From SAR324 cluster bacterium (GTDB taxonomy: Bacteria > SAR324 > XYD2-FULL-50-16), in assembly GCA_028282885.1 (NCBI GenBank), contig JANQGX010000006.1, positions 91,956 through 155,955 on the forward strand: a stretch of 64,000 nucleotides of DNA, in the 5' to 3' direction. The notes under the pieces were generated by a model. It was not told the DNA's origin, did not search any database, and worked only from the letters and a program-made list of their open reading frames with translations. Positions 47,389-56,800 of this stretch are shown here, piece after piece (position 1 is the first letter of the stretch; each line of letters begins with the position of its first letter). The translations under genes were made by a program, and so were the position numbers.

Positions 47389-48084
47389 TTAATGACTGTA
47401 GTGTCGGCTTCCAAAGATTGCACTACCGATCCGAACGTATGTTGCTCCTTCTTTCAGTGCCATTTCGAAATCACCGGACATTCCTGTGGATAATTCGACC
47501 ATCTGGTCTTGAAGTCCGAGGCGCCGAGCTTCGTCTTGATTGATTTCCCGCAAGCGGGCAAATACCTGTTGATTTTCCGTATCCGATGCCCAGGGGTCTC
47601 CCATAGTCATTAAGCCGGTTAATCGAAGCCGGTCGCAGTTCAGGATCTCGTCTTCAAGTCTGCGCAGGTCATCAATAGTTGTTACACCGGACTTGGTATC
47701 CTCTTCGGTCAGGTTCATTTGAATCAATATATCCAAAAATCGATCGGCCGCCTGACAACGATTGTTCAGTTCGATGGCAATATCAGAGCGATGAATGGTG
47801 TGAATAGTGGAGAATATGGCGGGGCAGTATTTGGCTTTGTTTTTCTGCAAGGGGCCTATCAGATGCCAGTCTATTTCAGTGGGAAGTTGGGGAGCTTTGT
47901 CCCTGGCTTCCTGTACGCGATTTTCACCGAAAGTGACCTGTCCTGCGTTAAATGCATCCAGAATCATTTCCACAGGTTTTGTTTTTGATACAGCGATAAG
48001 CTTGACGTTATTTCTCCCGCCCGATGCCTCTTTGATTCTGTCAAGTACCTCTTCAAGGCGTTCCTTGATACTGTCCATTGTCAT
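47389..48084 (-). CDS. yggS: YggS-family pyridoxal-phosphate homeostasis protein
   Basis: LIAVSKTKP (PLP-binding Lys), WHLIGPLQKNK, GLMTMG and LSTGMSGD. The start was set to ATG 48084. Confidence 0.85.
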   Translation of the reverse strand: MTMDSIKERLEEVLDRIKEASGGRNNVKLIAVSKTKPVEMILDAFNAGQVTFGENRVQEARDKAPQLPTEIDWHLIGPLQKNKAKYCPAIFSTIHTIHRSDIAIELNNRCQAADRFLDILIQMNLTEEDTKSGVTTIDDLRRLEDEILNCDRLRLTGLMTMGDPWASDTENQQVFARLREINQDEARRLGLQDQMVELSTGMSGDFEMALKEGATYVRIGSAIFGSRHYSH

Positions 48085-48182
48085 TATTTGGGTAGATGTT
48101 TCGGAGTGATGCCCTCCCAAAAAGTCTATTGAACGATGGGTTGAGGTCCGATCGATAAAGGAATAACGATCGGATCCGTTGG

Positions 48183-49421
48183 TCAGACTTTCTTGAAGAC
48201 CAGGGTGGCATTGGTGCCGCCAAAACCAAAAGAGTTGCTCAAAGCAACGTCGATGTTTCTTTCCTTGGCCTTGTTGGGTGTAATATCCAGATCACATTCG
48301 GGATCGAGATTTTCCACATTGATGGTGGGCGGTGCAAGATTATTGAGCATGGCCATCACCGTTATCGCTGATTCGAGTCCTCCTGATCCCCCCAGAAGGT
48401 GCCCGGTCATCGACTTGGATGAGCTGATCGAAACCTTCTTGGCCTCCTGCTCGCCGAGAGCCAGTTTGATGGCATTCAACTCGTTAATATCACCGGTCGG
48501 TGTTCCGGTACCGTGTGCATTGATATAATCCACCTCGGCACCGCTTATGTCGGCATCAGCGATCGCTTTTTTGATTGCCAGGGTGGGTCCTTCAACCGAA
48601 GGAGCCGTAATATGATAAGCGTCGGAGCTGACACCGTAGCCCGCGATTTCAACCAAAGGTTTTGCGCCTCTGGACAGGGCAAACTCATACTCTTCCAGAA
48701 TTAAAATTCCGCAACCTTCACTAAGCACAAATCCGTCCCGGTCTTTGTCATAAGGCCGGGAAGCTTTTTCCGGTTCATCGTTGCGACGGGAAAGGGCCTT
48801 CATGGATCCAAATCCGGCAATGGCCAGCGAAGTGATGGTGGATTCCGCGCCTCCCGCAATCATTACCTTGGCATCCCCACGTTCGATGATACGGGCGGCA
48901 TCACCAATGGAGTGGTTGGCAGATGAACATGCAGAAGTTGTGGTTGCGCTGTAGCCCTTGGCGCCATGCAGTATCGAGAGATACCCCGATGCCATGTTGC
49001 TGATGCACATGGGGATAAAAAAGGGAGAAATCTTGGAAGGACCTCTCTCCTCAACGATCATGCTACTTTTTTGAATCCCGGGTAATCCTCCGATACCGAC
49101 ACCAACACAAACACCGACATCCGGACCAAGCTCTTCACTGATTTCCAGGTTGGCATGTTGAAGCGCTTCCTGGCAGGCTGCGATGGCATATTGAATGAAT
49201 ATGTCCATCTTTTTGACCTCTTTCTTGTGAATAAAATCCAAGGGTTCGAAGTCTTTTACCTCGCCGGCGATTTGAGTGGAAAATCCGGAAGCATCAAATC
49301 GGGTAATTCTTGTGATGCCACTTTGCCCGTGCCTGACCTTTTCCCAGGTGGATTCAAGGTCATTACCCAAAGGGTTGACAGTGCCAATTCCAGTTACGAC
49401 AACACGTTTTTTCATCTCCAA
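48183..49421 (-). CDS. fabF: 3-oxoacyl-ACP synthase II
   Basis: 412 aa: TSACSSANH (active-site Cys), NAHGTGT, GHLLGGSG, and the acpP-fabF gene order. Confidence 0.9.
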   Translation of the reverse strand: MEMKKRVVVTGIGTVNPLGNDLESTWEKVRHGQSGITRITRFDASGFSTQIAGEVKDFEPLDFIHKKEVKKMDIFIQYAIAACQEALQHANLEISEELGPDVGVCVGVGIGGLPGIQKSSMIVEERGPSKISPFFIPMCISNMASGYLSILHGAKGYSATTTSACSSANHSIGDAARIIERGDAKVMIAGGAESTITSLAIAGFGSMKALSRRNDEPEKASRPYDKDRDGFVLSEGCGILILEEYEFALSRGAKPLVEIAGYGVSSDAYHITAPSVEGPTLAIKKAIADADISGAEVDYINAHGTGTPTGDINELNAIKLALGEQEAKKVSISSSKSMTGHLLGGSGGLESAITVMAMLNNLAPPTINVENLDPECDLDITPNKAKERNIDVALSNSFGFGGTNATLVFKKV

Positions 49422-49493
49422 TCCAAGATTTCCGGGTTAGGACGTTTCGTAAGGGAACCGATTCTGTTTGTAACAAAACCGGGAAGGTTTGTT

Positions 49494-49745
49494 TTATGCA
49501 TTCAATGCTGCAGTAACATGATCGATAGCTTCTTTTACTGTGGTGATCTTCTCGGCTTCTTCATCCGGTATTTCCAGATCAAATTCCTCTTCAAAGGCCA
49601 TTACAAGTTCCACTGTATCAAGAGAGTCCGCACCAAGGTCATCTATAAAATTGGACTCCTCTTTGATGTCAGATTCTTCTATACCCAATTGCTCGACGAT
49701 GATAGCAATAACTTTGCTTTGAATTTCACTACGTTCAGTACCCAT
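49494..49745 (-). CDS. acpP: acyl carrier protein
   Basis: [20 protein letters not shown], which contains the phosphopantetheinylated Ser. Confidence 0.95.
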   Translation of the reverse strand: MGTERSEIQSKVIAIIVEQLGIEESDIKEESNFIDDLGADSLDTVELVMAFEEEFDLEIPDEEAEKITTVKEAIDHVTAALNA

Positions 49746-49903
49746 TGAAAATCTCCAAATTAATTGTTTATTCAGATTCTACAATCAATTCGCTGCTATC
49801 TACTGGTGTCCAACCATCGATCCTGTTCGAATCTGAAGAGTCGGCCATCGATTGTTTCAATCCTTCAAAACGACTTGGTTTAATGCTTCATAACAACAAA
49901 TCG

Positions 49904-49932
49904 AGTATTTTCGTTAATTAATTGAAAATACT
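49904..49932 (-). terminator. hairpin between fabG and acpP (terminator or attenuator candidate)
   Basis: AGTATTTTC (49904-49912) pairs with GAAAATACT (49924-49932) as a perfect 9-bp stem. It lies 22 nt after the fabG stop and is followed on the minus strand by the T-rich CGATTTGTTGTT. Confidence 0.45.
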
Positions 49933-49954
49933 ATGACTTACTCCCTTTCAAGTT

Positions 49955-50695
49955 TCAGACCATACCACCGTTTATATGCAGGGTTGTACCTGTAATATAA
50001 TCGGCCATTGGTGAGGCCAGAAACAACACCCCATTGGCAACATCCGCATCGGTACCCATTCGTTTCATGGGAATGGTTGCCAGAAGCGCTTTCTGTTGAC
50101 CTTCGTCTAATTTCTCCGTCATGTCAGATTTGATAAATCCCGGTGCTATGGCATTTACGGAAATATTCCTGGAGGCCACCTCTTTGGCCAGTGATTTGGT
50201 AAATCCAAGGATTCCCGCCTTTGCCGATGCATAATTAACCTGTCCCGGATTGCCGGTTACAGCCACAACCGAACTCAGGTTGATAATACGTCCGAACTTA
50301 TTTTTCATCATGGGTTTCAGGGCGACCTTGCACATATTGAAAATGCCGGTCAGGTTGATATCGATAACCCGATCCCAGTTCTCTTTTTTCATTCGCAGGA
50401 TCAGGTTGTCATCGGTAATTCCGGCGTTGTTGACCAGAATATCCAGTTTACCGTACTTAGCCATAAATTCGTCAACAACCCGACCACACTGCTCGAAGTC
50501 GGATATATCTGCTTGAAAAAATGAGCATTCACCTCCGGACGATCTGATCTCCTCTTCCAATCTGGCAGACAATTCCTTGTTACGCGCCACAAAACCTACC
50601 GAGCATCCGGCCTGGATCAAGCTTTCTACGATGCGTTTTCCGATTCCTTTTGAGCCTCCGGTAACCAGAGCTGTTTTTCCTGCCAAATCAATCAT
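49955..50695 (-). CDS. fabG: 3-oxoacyl-ACP reductase
   Basis: TGGSKGIGK, NNAGI and YASAKAG motifs. 246 aa, in the fab operon. Confidence 0.9.
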   Translation of the reverse strand: MIDLAGKTALVTGGSKGIGKRIVESLIQAGCSVGFVARNKELSARLEEEIRSSGGECSFFQADISDFEQCGRVVDEFMAKYGKLDILVNNAGITDDNLILRMKKENWDRVIDINLTGIFNMCKVALKPMMKNKFGRIINLSSVVAVTGNPGQVNYASAKAGILGFTKSLAKEVASRNISVNAIAPGFIKSDMTEKLDEGQQKALLATIPMKRMGTDADVANGVLFLASPMADYITGTTLHINGGMV

Positions 50696-51213
50696 GAAGT
50701 ATTATCCAATGAGTGGTATTTTTGATACAGCCGCCGGATTCAAGCTGACAGTAACGTCGAAGATCTGATCAAAAACCCGTTAATTTAATTATCGCCTGTT
50801 AACCTAACTGCAATAGTGATTCTGTGGTAATGAGTCAATACAAATCTAGATAAAAATCCTGGTTCGAAAAGCTCCCGATTTTTAATTGGCTGAAAATATG
50901 AGATTTATCTGAATGTTTTAACCAAACCAACTGTGGTATATTTGACACGGTTTAATGGTTGGAAGATACGTCCTTTTTGTTGTCCCATCTTCTCATTATG
51001 AAACTCCCTAAGGTGGGTTGATGATGCATATCAGGAAGGTTGGAGTGCACATGCTGGTTGACGGGAGATTTCCTAGATTTCGATCCCCGGACTCACAGGC
51101 AGCCTTTCGGAAAACCGGGTAAGCAATGCGTCAATATCTGCAATACCTGTCCTGCCGATCAAGCCGGATAAGGTTTTCCAGTCAGTTGCACTCAATTTTG
51201 GCAACCCTGTTTG

Positions 51214-51393
51214 CTACTCTTCAACCTCAATAACCTGCTGGCCATGAAAATGACCGCATTTGGGACAAACCTGATGAGGAATAATCAATTCCTGGCAGTT
51301 TGAGCAGGTGACAAGGTTAACCTGTGTCAGTTTTTTGTGCGTTCTTCTTTTCCTGGTGACGCATCTGGATGTCTTTCTGGTAGGTACAGCCAC
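51214..51393 (-). CDS. rpmF: 50S ribosomal protein L32 (absent from the ORF track because it is 59 aa)
   Basis: I translated the minus strand by hand: (GTG)MAVPTRKTSRCVTRKRRTHKKLTQVNLVTCSNCQELIIPHQVCPKCGHFHGQQVIEVEE*. GGAG lies 5 nt upstream of the start, and the gene sits directly after yceD as usual. Confidence 0.9.
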   Translation of the reverse strand: MAVPTRKTSRCVTRKRRTHKKLTQVNLVTCSNCQELIIPHQVCPKCGHFHGQQVIEVEE

Positions 51394-51511
51394 TTTAACT
51401 CCAAAGACTAAAGGTTATTAAATCGATTTGTCTCTTCGGATGAGTATCCGAAATCTAATTCAGCAGCCCTGCTAAGTGGTTTGCTGCATTCAATTCAGTT
51501 ATAATTGCAGG

Positions 51512-52039
51512 TTATGAATCGGTATCCGGTTTCAGATCTTTCAGAATGGCGAAAGGGTTGCTTCCTTCTGTTTCCCGGCATTTGCAGGTATCATAGTTCA
51601 GATTAACGCCACAGCTTGAACACAAGCCCTTGCAATTCTCCTTGCAGGTGAATGAGTATGGCAGATCGAGAATCAATTGATCTTCGAAATAGTGATCAAG
51701 GATTAACTCTTCACCGCTGTAGAAATCGAGCTCCGGAGAGTCCATTGTGATTTCCACATCACCGGCGGGCAAGGGCAGATTCCCCTCCGAAACCAGATCC
51801 AGCCTGAAATCACTATTCATATCCAAAGAAACCTTATCCAGGCACAAGTCGCATGGAATATTCAAAACGGTACGGTAACTGCCATTGAGTTCAATGAATT
51901 CATGACTCCTGTGTAGTTCTGCTTCACAGTCCATGTATTCAAATCCAAATCGCTCTTCCAGTTTCTGTAGATCCCTCCGTTCAATCCGAAAATTGAATCG
52001 TACAGGGCTTTCTGTGATTTCATTCAGTCTGACTTTCAT
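51512..52039 (-). CDS. yceD: YceD/DUF177 family protein
   Basis: C-terminal Cys-rich CKENCKGLCSSCGVNLN..C.C and a position upstream of rpmF. I prefer ATG 52039. A possible promoter on the minus strand is TTGACA (52078-52083), a 17-nt spacer, then TATTTT (52055-52060). Confidence 0.8.
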   Translation of the reverse strand: MKVRLNEITESPVRFNFRIERRDLQKLEERFGFEYMDCEAELHRSHEFIELNGSYRTVLNIPCDLCLDKVSLDMNSDFRLDLVSEGNLPLPAGDVEITMDSPELDFYSGEELILDHYFEDQLILDLPYSFTCKENCKGLCSSCGVNLNYDTCKCRETEGSNPFAILKDLKPDTDS

Positions 52040-52270
52040 AACCTTAAACAATAAAAAATAACTAAAGATAAAAAAACTGTCAACAAAAGCTTTATGAGTT
52101 GTGAGTAAAAAGTTCTATAATACCAGGTATTAAAAATGAAAAAACAGTTTTATCAAAAGGACTGGTTTTACCAAATCCCATGATAGTGTTTTTATCACAA
52201 ACTGTCCGATTTGATCTAATGAATGCGGAATATTGTCTGTTAATTCAAGCGAGATTTACGGTCTCAAAAA

Positions 52271-53104
52271 TCAGGAAGCATTTGGAATTTGCTCTCTGTA
52301 ACGGGGGATATACTCGCCGATATTCGGATTGGGTTTGCAATGCACAGGACCGAACTCCTGCATCTGATGGATTTGCAGAAGCATCAGCTTTGCCAGTTCC
52401 AGAATGGCGATAAACGCTATGATCACTTCCGAGCGGGTGGGATTTCTCGGGCAAAGATTAATAAACAACTGAACATTGCCTGATTTAAAGATCTTTAACA
52501 ATTCAAGTATTTTACGATCGATAGAAAATTCGTCCTGTTTGACTTCGTGCGGCTTGAGATAAGATCGTTTTTTCAAGACTTCATGATAGGCTTTCAGCAA
52601 TCCATAAATTGAAAGCTCATCCATGGGGTGGTCCAAAAGGTCCTGTTCCTCTTCCTTCATTTCCGGACGTGGGAAGACATCACGGCCAAGAATCTCTCGC
52701 TGGTTCAGCTCTTCGGCTAGCTGCTTGTATTTTTGATACTCTATCAGCTTTCGGCGTAATTGCTCTTCGGTATCAAACTCCTCTTCGCCCTCCTCCAACT
52801 CATCGGATTTCCTCGGCAGAAGGGTTTTTGATTTAATGAGAATAAGGGTTGAGGCAATATCCAGGAATTCGATGGCGATATCCATGTTGAACTCTTCCAT
52901 CAATTCCAGGTATTCAAGGTAGGGCTCACAGATCTCTGCCAGTGGAATATCCTTGATATCCATTTTCTTCTTGCGAATCAAGTCCAGCAGAAGATCTAAA
53001 GGGCCTTCAAATTCGGGAAGGCTTACGTTCAGCAGATCGAATATCTCAAGCTGTTGGTTTTCACCGTCCATGGGTTCCAGCAGGCAGGTCAGCACATTTT
53101 TCAT
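52271..53104 (-). CDS. scpA: segregation and condensation protein A
   Basis: FEGPLDLLLDLIRKKKMDIKDIPLAEI is typical of ScpA. No scpB follows it. Confidence 0.85.
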   Translation of the reverse strand: MKNVLTCLLEPMDGENQQLEIFDLLNVSLPEFEGPLDLLLDLIRKKKMDIKDIPLAEICEPYLEYLELMEEFNMDIAIEFLDIASTLILIKSKTLLPRKSDELEEGEEEFDTEEQLRRKLIEYQKYKQLAEELNQREILGRDVFPRPEMKEEEQDLLDHPMDELSIYGLLKAYHEVLKKRSYLKPHEVKQDEFSIDRKILELLKIFKSGNVQLFINLCPRNPTRSEVIIAFIAILELAKLMLLQIHQMQEFGPVHCKPNPNIGEYIPRYREQIPNAS

Positions 53105-53581
53105 CAGGCTACTCGTTTAATCCTCTGGCCGGGATTCCTTTAAATAGCCGCTTTATCCAGGTTGGTTAAAGGGTAACTTTTTTTGGTCAATCAAACAAGC
53201 GTGAAATTGGGCATTCAGCCCAATAGTATTAAACGTCCTCTGGGTTGGAGTGAGTATCCCCGACAGTCGAAAAATCCAAACATCCCCCGGCGTTTGAATT
53301 AACTCAAATGTCCCGTTGGCAATCTGCGGAGCAAATCAATCGGGTGGAATATTTTTTGATTTGGCTGGGGATTGGTTAGTTTTTAGAGGGGGGAGATTGG
53401 TAAAACTTCGAAATTCGTAGGATGCTTTGAGAATAAAAGGGATACTTCAGTTTTTGACAGTTGAACAAGAGTTTACTTTTGGATTGAATCCGTGTAAGCT
53501 TTTTCATTCCGGGTGACCAAAACGTATCCTAGACAGAGACGATCCTATATCATTCACTAGCAACCCGGTTCATCTCATCAA

Positions 53582-53721
53582 ATTTCGCAGGCAAACATAA
53601 ACCACTAAACTCTCGTTAAGGCAAAACGGAAGTGTCGGGAGTGGGGACTATCGGGGCATGAGTCCGCCGAGGCTGCCCGTCTGATTCTATAACTGTCACA
53701 ACTTACCTGAACCTGCGAAAT
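53582..53721 (+). ncRNA. candidate structured RNA element upstream of gltB (unclassified)
   Basis: ATTTCGCAGG (53582-53591) is perfectly complementary to CCTGCGAAAT (53712-53721). The pair encloses 120 nt whose core is much more G+C-rich than the AT-rich spacer around it. A nested stem is GGACT (53645-53649) / AGTCC (53661-53665). Confidence 0.3.
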
Positions 53722-53806
53722 CCTAATTCATTCAGTTTGTTTAGCTTGCCTGTAAAGCAGAGCTATACAGTTATGCCTGATTATATAGATAACAGCAGAC
53801 CTAACT

Positions 53807-56800
53807 ATGACTAGAATTTATGATGGTATAGATAACCGTACGGCTGGTGCTGGATTATATCACCGGTCAATGGATAAGGATTCCTGTGGTGTGGGATCAA
53901 TTACTAATATTTATGGCGAAAAATCGCACAAAATCCTGGAAGAAGGGATTTCCATTCTTAAAAATCTCGAGCATCGGGGTGCCACCGGATCTGATCCCAA
54001 AGCAGGTGATGGTGCAGGGATTCTTCTGCAGTTGTCGCACGAATTCTTCCAGGAAATCTCTACGGAGTTTCCTTTTGATCTGCCCGATGAGGGGGAGTAT
54101 GGGGTCGGTATGGTGTTTTTGCCGAAAGACATGGAATCGCTTGGCCAATGCCAGGAGATTTTCAACCAGGTTATCACGGATGAACGTCAGGAAGTCCTCG
54201 GATGGCGACAGGTGCCGACGGACAATACCTGCCTGTCTGATTTAATGCTGGATCAGGAACCCGCAATATACCAGGTGTTTATTAAGCGCAAGACCTATTA
54301 TCTGGATGCTTTTGAAAGACGATTGTATGTCATTCGCAGAAGAGTCGAGAAGGCAATTGAAGACTCGGAGATTAAGGGTAAGGAGTTCTTCTATGTTTGC
54401 AGCTTGTCTGGTTCAACAATTGTTTATAAGGGAATGTTCCTGGCCAATCAACTGGAGCAATACTATCAGGATCTAACAGATGAACGATTTGAGAGCGCGA
54501 TTGCCCTGGTGCACCAGCGATACTCCACTAACACCTATCCAACCTGGGGATTGGCCCAACCCTTCAGGTATATCGCTCATAATGGCGAGATCAACACCCT
54601 GCGCGGGAATATCAACTGGACCCGATCCAGGGAGGCCCTGTTCGAATCGGATTATTTCGGGGCTGATATCAAGAAGCTGTTGCCTATCATTGTCCCCGAT
54701 CAAAGTGATTCCGCAACTTTTGATAACTTTTTTGAGCTCCTGGTTTCTGCCGGTCGGGGTCTTGAACACGCCTTTATGATGATGGTTCCTGAGGCGTGGG
54801 AGAACCACAAACATATGAGCGAGGAACTCAAGGGATTTTATCAATACCATTCGGCGCTGAGCGAACCCTGGGACGGTCCGGCTGCGATCATGTTCACCGA
54901 CGGTACAAAAATAGGTGGCGGCCTGGATCGAAACGGCCTAAGACCGGTGCGGTACGTGGAGACAATTGACGGTATGTTTATTATGGCCTCCGAGGTCGGG
55001 GTTATCGATGTTCCGGTCGAGCATGTGAGGCGCAAGGGAAGATTGGGACCCGGTAAGATCGTTGTTGTCGATACGGATGAAGGCCAGGTTTTCCATAACG
55101 ACGAGATTAAGGAGCGGATTGCCAAACGAAAACCATACGCGAACTGGGTTAAAGAGAACGTTATCAAGCTCGATGATCTGCCCGCTCCGCCGACCTATAC
55201 GCAACCGGATTATTACAAACTGAGATTGTTGCAACGCGTTTTTGGTTATACTTACGAAGAGCTTTACAGAATCGTTAAACCGATGGCTGTCAATTCACAG
55301 GAGCCTACCAGTTCCATGGGAAATGATGAGCCTCTGGCTGTTCTATCCGCCGAGACCAAACTCCTCTACAACTATTTTAAACAGAATTTTGCCCAGGTAA
55401 CGAATCCTGCCATCGATTCCATCAGGGAAGAGATGGTGATGTCTATTTCCTCGGCTATTGGCGGGAGTTACAATATTCTTGATGAAACACCCGGTCTCTG
55501 CAGAATGCTGGAAATTCAGCACCCCATTCTTACCAATTCCGAGTTGGAACAGCTTCGGCACTGCGAGATAGCGGCTTTTCGCTCAAGCACCGTGGATATC
55601 GGTTTTCCCTTCCAGGAAAAAAGCCTGAACCAGGCACTGGATGATCTTTGCAGGGAAGTTGAAGAGGCTGTTGACCAGGGACATCGTGTCATCGTACTGA
55701 GCGACCGTTGTGTTAAGAATGAAATTGCACCCATTCCGGCTTTGCTGGCAGTTTCAGCGGTGCACCATTACCTGATTCGACAGCAGAAAAGAGGCAAGAT
55801 CGGTCTGATTGTAGAGAGTGGGGAGGTTCGGGAGGTGCATCATTTTGCACTTTTGATCGGCTATGGTGCGGGGGCTGTCAATCCTTACCTGGCATTTGAA
55901 TCGATTCGACAGATGGCGATCAGTGAGGAGTTGCCTGACGGACTGGTCTCCCTGGAAGCCTTCCAACGTTATATCAAGGCCGTCAACAAGGGATTGAAAA
56001 AGGTCTTCTCAAAAATGGGGATATCAACCCTCGCCAGTTACCAGGGAGCCCAGATATTTGAGGCCATTGGATTGAACTCCGAGCTGATTAACCAGTATTT
56101 TACCGGGACAAGTTCAGTGATAGAAGGAATCGGTCTCCGGGAAATTGAGGAGGAAATCCGCAAACGTCACTTAAGGGCATATGCCTATGAAGGAAGAGCG
56201 TTTCATAAACTGTTGACAACCGGAACCTATACCTGGCGATCCCAGGGTGAATATCATGCCTACAATCCGGATACCATTTCAAAGCTTCAATGGGCGACTC
56301 GAAAGAATGACTATAAGACGTACAAAGAGTTTGCAAAAATGGTCAATGACCTGGATGAGCAGTGCCATACCTTGAGGGGGCTTCTGGACTTTAATCGGGA
56401 AATGGCTTCGCCGGTTTCCATTGAGGAAGTCGAATCCGTTGATTCCATATTTAAGCGGTTTGTTTCCGGCGCCATGTCGATCGGCTCTATTTCCAGGGAA
56501 GCTCATGAAACCCTGGCGATTGCCATGAATCGAATCGGAGCCAGGAGTAATTCCGGTGAAGGAGGTGAAGATCCCGCCAGATTTGAACCCGATGCCGATG
56601 GTAATTTTAGAAGAAGTGCCATAAAACAGGTGGCATCGGGACGTTTTGGTGTGACCAGCAATTACCTGGTTAATTGCGATGAAATGCAGATAAAAATCGC
56701 CCAGGGAGCAAAACCCGGGGAGGGTGGGCAACTTCCCGGGTTCAAGGTGACCGACTATATTGCCAAAATCCGACACACCACCCCGGGGGTATCCCTGATA

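Noticed and set aside
51073-51195. 40-codon TTG ORF directly after rpmF. I considered it as a remnant of plsX, fabH or fabD.
   Set aside because: The translation (LSATDWKTLSGLIGRTGIADIDALLTRFSERLPVSPGIEI) resembles none of those proteins, and the ORF has no RBS.
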